Source of the DNA: Chthoniobacter sp.
Lineage (GTDB): Bacteria; Verrucomicrobiota; Verrucomicrobiia; Chthoniobacterales; Chthoniobacteraceae
DNA length: 38,993 nucleotides
Reading direction: 5' to 3'
Assembly: GCA_025352865.1 (NCBI GenBank)
Contig: JANXSB010000701.1
Span: 1 to 38,993, forward strand
This document shows positions 34,908-38,993 of this stretch, in pieces (position 1 is the stretch's first letter; the number at the start of each line of letters is the position of its first letter). A program made the translations under genes and the position numbers. A model generated the notes under the pieces. It saw nothing but the letters and a program-made list of their open reading frames with translations. It had not been told where the DNA came from and searched no databases.

Positions 34908-35824
34908 AGACCGCCCTTATCACCGGCGTGGCGGGTTTTCTTGGCCGCTATGTGGCGCGGCATTTTGTGAAAGAGGGCTGGCGCGTGGTCGGGCTCGACG
35001 ACGTGCCGCCGGAAAATGTGCAGCTTAGTTCGGTGGCCTTTCACCGGATGCAGTTGCCCAGCACGGCGCTCGCGGAATTGCTGCACGCGGCCCCGCCGGA
35101 TGTCTGCGTCCACTGCGCGGGACGGGCTTCGGTGGGTTTGTCGATGAGTGATCCGGCGTCCGATTTCCGTGGCAATGCGGCGCTGACTTTCGAGTTACTC
35201 GATGCGCTCCGGCAGCACGCGCCGCAGTGCCGTTTCGTGTTACTTTCGAGCGCGGCGGTTTATGGAAATCCCGCGACTCTGCCGGTGGCCGAGGATCATC
35301 CCATCGCGCCGCTCTCGCCCTATGGCTATCACAAGCGGCAGGCCGAACTGCTCTGCGAGGAATTTTCCCGCATCTACGGACTGCCGACTGCGAGTGCCCG
35401 GATTTTCTCGGCTTACGGGCCGGGGCTGCGGCGGCAGGTGGTGTGGGATGTGTGCGAAAAAGTTCTTACTACCGGGCGGCTCACGCTCCACGGCACCGGC
35501 GGCGAAAGCCGGGATTTCATTCACGCGGCGGACATTGCGCGGGCGCTGTTTCTCATCGCCGGAAAGGCCCCGTGCGCGGGCGAGGTCTATAACCTCGCGA
35601 GCGGACGCGCGGTGACCATCGACGAACTCGCCGCGATCGTGCTCGCCGCCCTCGGCTCGCGCGTGGAGCCGGTTTTCAACGGGACGGCGACACCGGGAGA
35701 TCCGCTGCATTGGCGCGCCGACATCGCGAAGCTGGGCGCGCTCGGCTTCGCGCCGGCGATTTCGCTGGAGCAGGGTGTCCGCGCTGTCGCCTCATGGTGT
35801 GCTGCGGAGCTATCGAGCGCATGA
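34904..35824 (+). CDS. NAD-dependent epimerase/dehydratase
   Basis: LITGVAGFLG, SSAAVYG, SPYGYHK (YxxxK), RIFSAYGPG, RDFIH. Confidence 0.9.
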   Translation: MKTALITGVAGFLGRYVARHFVKEGWRVVGLDDVPPENVQLSSVAFHRMQLPSTALAELLHAAPPDVCVHCAGRASVGLSMSDPASDFRGNAALTFELLDALRQHAPQCRFVLLSSAAVYGNPATLPVAEDHPIAPLSPYGYHKRQAELLCEEFSRIYGLPTASARIFSAYGPGLRRQVVWDVCEKVLTTGRLTLHGTGGESRDFIHAADIARALFLIAGKAPCAGEVYNLASGRAVTIDELAAIVLAALGSRVEPVFNGTATPGDPLHWRADIAKLGALGFAPAISLEQGVRAVASWCAAELSSA

Positions 35825-37035
35825 AGCCGCCGCTGCGCATCGGTCTGATCATGCAGGGCGGCACCGGCTGGATGGGCGGTGCCGAGTACATCCGCAATCT
35901 CATCCTCGTCTGCAGCCATCTGCCCGCCGAGGAGCGCGCAAAGTTTGAGCTGAGCCTGATCAGCGGGTCGCCGCTGGATCCGGGATTTTCCAGGCACGGC
36001 CTCGACCATACTTACGAACTTTCCGCCGCCCTGCCTCCGGCCACGTTCGCGAATCGCCTCCGCTGGCTGCTCGATCGCCGGCTGCTCGGCCAGCGCAACT
36101 CGCGCTTCGTCGGATTTGCCGCCGGACGCTTCGATTTTCTCTACCCGCTGACCTATGACAATCAGCACAACATCCAGGTCTCGCTGCCGATCGGCGCGGC
36201 GCTGGGTGCGTGCCGCTGGGCGGGATGGATTCCCGATTTTCAACACCGCTTCATGCCCGCGCTTTTCACCGCGCAGGAACTTGCCAAACGCGACGCCGGC
36301 ATCAGCGCACTCGCCGACGATGCGCGGACCATCGTCTTCAGCAGCGAAAGCGCCGCCGCGGATTTCCGCACTTTCCATCCGCACTCGGCGGCGAAGCTGG
36401 AAGTGCTGCGCTTTCACACCTATCCCGATGGGTCATGGTTTGAAGGTGATCCCATCGCCGTGCAGCGGCAGTTTCATCTACCCGGGCGCTTCTTCCTCGT
36501 GAGCAATCAATTCTGGCAGCACAAAAATCACGCGATGCTTTTCCAGGCGCTGGCTCTCCTGCGCGCCCGCGGCGTCGAACCCACGGTGGTCTGCACCGGG
36601 CATCCCGCGGATTTTCGCAGCAAGGATTACTTTAACACCCTCCTCCGCCAGCTCCACGAACTCGGTGTCGCCGCGCAGGTTCGTCTCCTCGGTCTTATCG
36701 CGCGCCACGAGCAGATTCAGCTCATGCGTTCCGCGCTCGCTGTCGTGCAGCCGTCGCTTTTCGAGGGCTGGAGCACCGTGGTCGAAGATGCGCGGGCGCT
36801 TGGAAAGCCGGTGATCTATTCCGACATCGCCGTGCATCTGGAGCAGAATCCACCGGGCGGTGTCTCCTTCCAACGCGACTCGCCGGAAAGCCTCGCCGAG
36901 CGGCTCGCGGAGTGGTGGCAGACGCTTCCGGCCGGGCCCGACCTTGCGGCCGAAAGCGCGGCTCGCGCCCGCGCGGTCGAGGCGGCACTGACTTACGCGC
37001 GCCGGTTTTGTGAAATCGCCAGCTCGGCCGCATGA
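35821..37035 (+). CDS. Glycosyltransferase family 4
   Basis: [46 protein letters not shown]; ATGA overlap. Confidence 0.9.
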   Translation: MKPPLRIGLIMQGGTGWMGGAEYIRNLILVCSHLPAEERAKFELSLISGSPLDPGFSRHGLDHTYELSAALPPATFANRLRWLLDRRLLGQRNSRFVGFAAGRFDFLYPLTYDNQHNIQVSLPIGAALGACRWAGWIPDFQHRFMPALFTAQELAKRDAGISALADDARTIVFSSESAAADFRTFHPHSAAKLEVLRFHTYPDGSWFEGDPIAVQRQFHLPGRFFLVSNQFWQHKNHAMLFQALALLRARGVEPTVVCTGHPADFRSKDYFNTLLRQLHELGVAAQVRLLGLIARHEQIQLMRSALAVVQPSLFEGWSTVVEDARALGKPVIYSDIAVHLEQNPPGGVSFQRDSPESLAERLAEWWQTLPAGPDLAAESAARARAVEAALTYARRFCEIASSAA

Positions 37036-37925
37036 GCCACGTTACTCCACGAATTACGGTTGTTACTCCGTCTTACAATCAGGCGGCGTTTCTCGAAACG
37101 ACGATCCAGAGCGTGCTCGGCCAATGTTATCCGAACCTCGAATACATCATTATGGACGGCGGCAGCTCGGATGGCAGTGCGGCGCTGATCCGGAGTTATC
37201 AGGGCTCACTGACCCATTGGGTATCGGAACGCGACGGGGGACAGGCCGACGCGATCAACAAAGGCTTTGCGAGGGCGACAGGGGAAATCCTTTGCTGGTT
37301 GAACAGCGATGACTTTTACCTGCCGGGAACGCTCCATCGGATTGCGGAAATCCTCGGCCCGAAAACCGGCGGACCGGCGCTCGCTTATGGCGGCAGTCTT
37401 TTTTTCCGCGAGGACAGCTCCGAGGCCAAAGTCCGGCGGGCGCGGGCGCATGACCCGGAGTTTTTGAAAATTCAGGACTACATTCTTCAGCCGAGTTCTT
37501 TCTGGACCGCGGCGCTGTGGCGGCAGTGCGGCGCGCTGGATGCCACGCTGTCGTTTGGTTTCGATTGGGATTGGTTTTTGCGCGCGTCGAAGCTCACGGA
37601 TTTCATCCCGGTCGAGCACCTCCTCTCCGCCTACCGGATGCACCCCGGCCACAAATCCGGCTCGGGTGGCGGCCGGCGGCGCGAGGAACTGGTCGAGGTG
37701 GCGCGACGGCATGCCCGCCCGGAACAGGCCCAGGCTTACGAATTCCTCAGCAGCCATTGGGCAGCCGTGCAGCAGTGCCTGAAACGGACTGCCATGTTCC
37801 GGCGTTTGCGCATGCCTTTCGCCCCGACGCTGGCGCGGTGCGCCACGCCCGGGATGTGGCATTTCCCCAGCAATGTCACCGCTGATGAGCTGGAAATCTG
37901 CCGCCATATGCTGACGGATATTTGA
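37032..37925 (+). CDS. Glycosyltransferase family 2
   Basis: [42 protein letters not shown]. Confidence 0.92.
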   Translation: MSHVTPRITVVTPSYNQAAFLETTIQSVLGQCYPNLEYIIMDGGSSDGSAALIRSYQGSLTHWVSERDGGQADAINKGFARATGEILCWLNSDDFYLPGTLHRIAEILGPKTGGPALAYGGSLFFREDSSEAKVRRARAHDPEFLKIQDYILQPSSFWTAALWRQCGALDATLSFGFDWDWFLRASKLTDFIPVEHLLSAYRMHPGHKSGSGGGRRREELVEVARRHARPEQAQAYEFLSSHWAAVQQCLKRTAMFRRLRMPFAPTLARCATPGMWHFPSNVTADELEICRHMLTDI

Positions 37926-37936
37926 GAGACGATCCC

Positions 37937-38818
37937 ATGTCGAAGCCATTGATTTCCATTGTTACGCCATCCTTTAACCAAGGAAAATTCCTGCGCGCGG
38001 CGATGCGTTCCGTGCTCGATCAGCAGGAGGTCGCGCCTGAATACATCGTCATGGATGGAGGCTCGACCGATGATAGCGTGGCGATCATTCGCGAGTATGA
38101 AAGCCGCCTGCACTATTGGACGAGCGCGCCGGACGGCGGTCATTACGCGGCGATCAACGAGGGCTTTTCCAAGTCCACCGGCGAGATCATGGCGTGGCTG
38201 AATTCCGATGACCAATACACCCCGTGGGCGCTCTCCGTCGTCGCCGAAATTTTCGGCGCATTTCCCGAAATCGAATGGCTCACAACCCTCTTTCCCATGC
38301 GCTGGGACGAACGCGGGCGGGCGGTCCGGTGCAGTCGGCGGCGCGGTTTCAGCCGGGCGGCTTTTCTGGCGGGAGAAAACATGCCGGCGGGTGAGTGGTA
38401 TCGCGACGGCTGCATTCAGCAGGAGACGACGTTCTGGCGGCGGTCGCTGTGGGAGCGCGCCGGCGGTGCGCTCGAGACCCGCTGGAAACTGGCGGCAGAC
38501 TTCGACCTATGGGCGCGCTTTTTCAAACACGCGGAGCTTTATGCGGTCGAAACGCCGCTCGGTGGATTTCGCCGGCACGGGGATCAAAGGTCGAGCCTGC
38601 TCCGTGAGACCTATGAGCGGGAATCCGGGGAGATTCTGCGGGCTGCGGGAGGAAACGTCCCCGGCCGATGGCGCTCGGCCCTTCGCTCCAATGTCGCGAG
38701 GCATCTGCCGGGACCACTGCACCCGTGGGCTCATCATTGCGGGCTGCTGCATGCCGGCAGGGTCTGCACCTTTCTCAGTGCCGATAAGGGATGGAAGATT
38801 GCTTCGGTGCTTCATTAA
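37937..38818 (+). CDS. Glycosyltransferase family 2
   Basis: ISIVTPSFNQ, DGGSTD, AINEGF, WLNSDD, QQETTFWRR, ADFDLW. Confidence 0.92.
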   Translation: MSKPLISIVTPSFNQGKFLRAAMRSVLDQQEVAPEYIVMDGGSTDDSVAIIREYESRLHYWTSAPDGGHYAAINEGFSKSTGEIMAWLNSDDQYTPWALSVVAEIFGAFPEIEWLTTLFPMRWDERGRAVRCSRRRGFSRAAFLAGENMPAGEWYRDGCIQQETTFWRRSLWERAGGALETRWKLAADFDLWARFFKHAELYAVETPLGGFRRHGDQRSSLLRETYERESGEILRAAGGNVPGRWRSALRSNVARHLPGPLHPWAHHCGLLHAGRVCTFLSADKGWKIASVLH

Positions 38819-38891
38819 GTGTCGGCCTGTCAGCCATGCCAAACGTGATTTTCGCACCCATCCGCATAGGACTGATGCCTGCCATTGAGTA

Positions 38892-38993
38892 ATGGCCGAG
38901 CGGATTACTGACCAGATGCAGCTTCGAGTAACACCCGGAAACACCCCGAGGACGGACACTCGGGTGGTCTTCGCCTTTCGAGGAGGGCGAAAG
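38892..38993 (+). CDS. Possible 5' end of the next gene (truncated by window)
   Basis: ATG at 38892 stays open to the window end (MAERITDQMQLRVTPGNTPRTDTRVVFAFRGGRK); no recognisable motif. Confidence 0.25.
   Translation, partial: MAERITDQMQLRVTPGNTPRTDTRVVFAFRGGRK

Noticed and set aside
38944-38993. Two hairpins at the window end (CCCGAG/CTCGGG and TTCGCCTTT/GAGGGCGAA)
   Set aside because: Truncated by the window edge and inside a possible ORF; cannot tell terminator, repeat or chance

Overview
GC-rich bacterial window occupied almost entirely by a surface-polysaccharide locus in two divergent arms. Left arm (minus strand, about 208-8836): MBOAT acyltransferase with a C-terminal FIYFQF motif, its SGNH/DltD-like partner, a polyprenol-phosphate GT2, an AsnB-type amidotransferase, a GT4, a WbpP-like epimerase and an RmlC-like cupin. 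Right arm (plus strand, 8962 to the end): a GbsR/MarR regulator and an RfaH/UpxY-type NusG paralog precede a roughly 29-kb run of tightly coupled genes. These are a KdsC-like phosphatase, the Wzm/Wzt exporter, a putative 2OG-Fe(II) dioxygenase, methyltransferases, and a pseudaminic-acid pathway (pseB, pseC, SpsF-type cytidylyltransferase, pseG, pseI) with a formyltransferase in the usual pseH position. Further on come a HisH/HisF/N-acetyl-sugar amidotransferase trio, two oxidoreductases, two KpsS-like GT-B proteins and several GTs. The most unusual element is a cassette of two hexapeptide acyltransferases, an Fmt-like formyltransferase, an acyl carrier protein and a SerRS-paralog amino acid:carrier protein ligase, which suggests carrier-protein-based (N-formyl)aminoacylation of a glycan. 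Four unrelated palindromic intergenic repeats are present. I saw no rRNA, tRNA, CRISPR array or transposase. All product calls come from motif recognition by eye, with no database searches. A Verrucomicrobia-like host is only a guess from gene content and repeat style.
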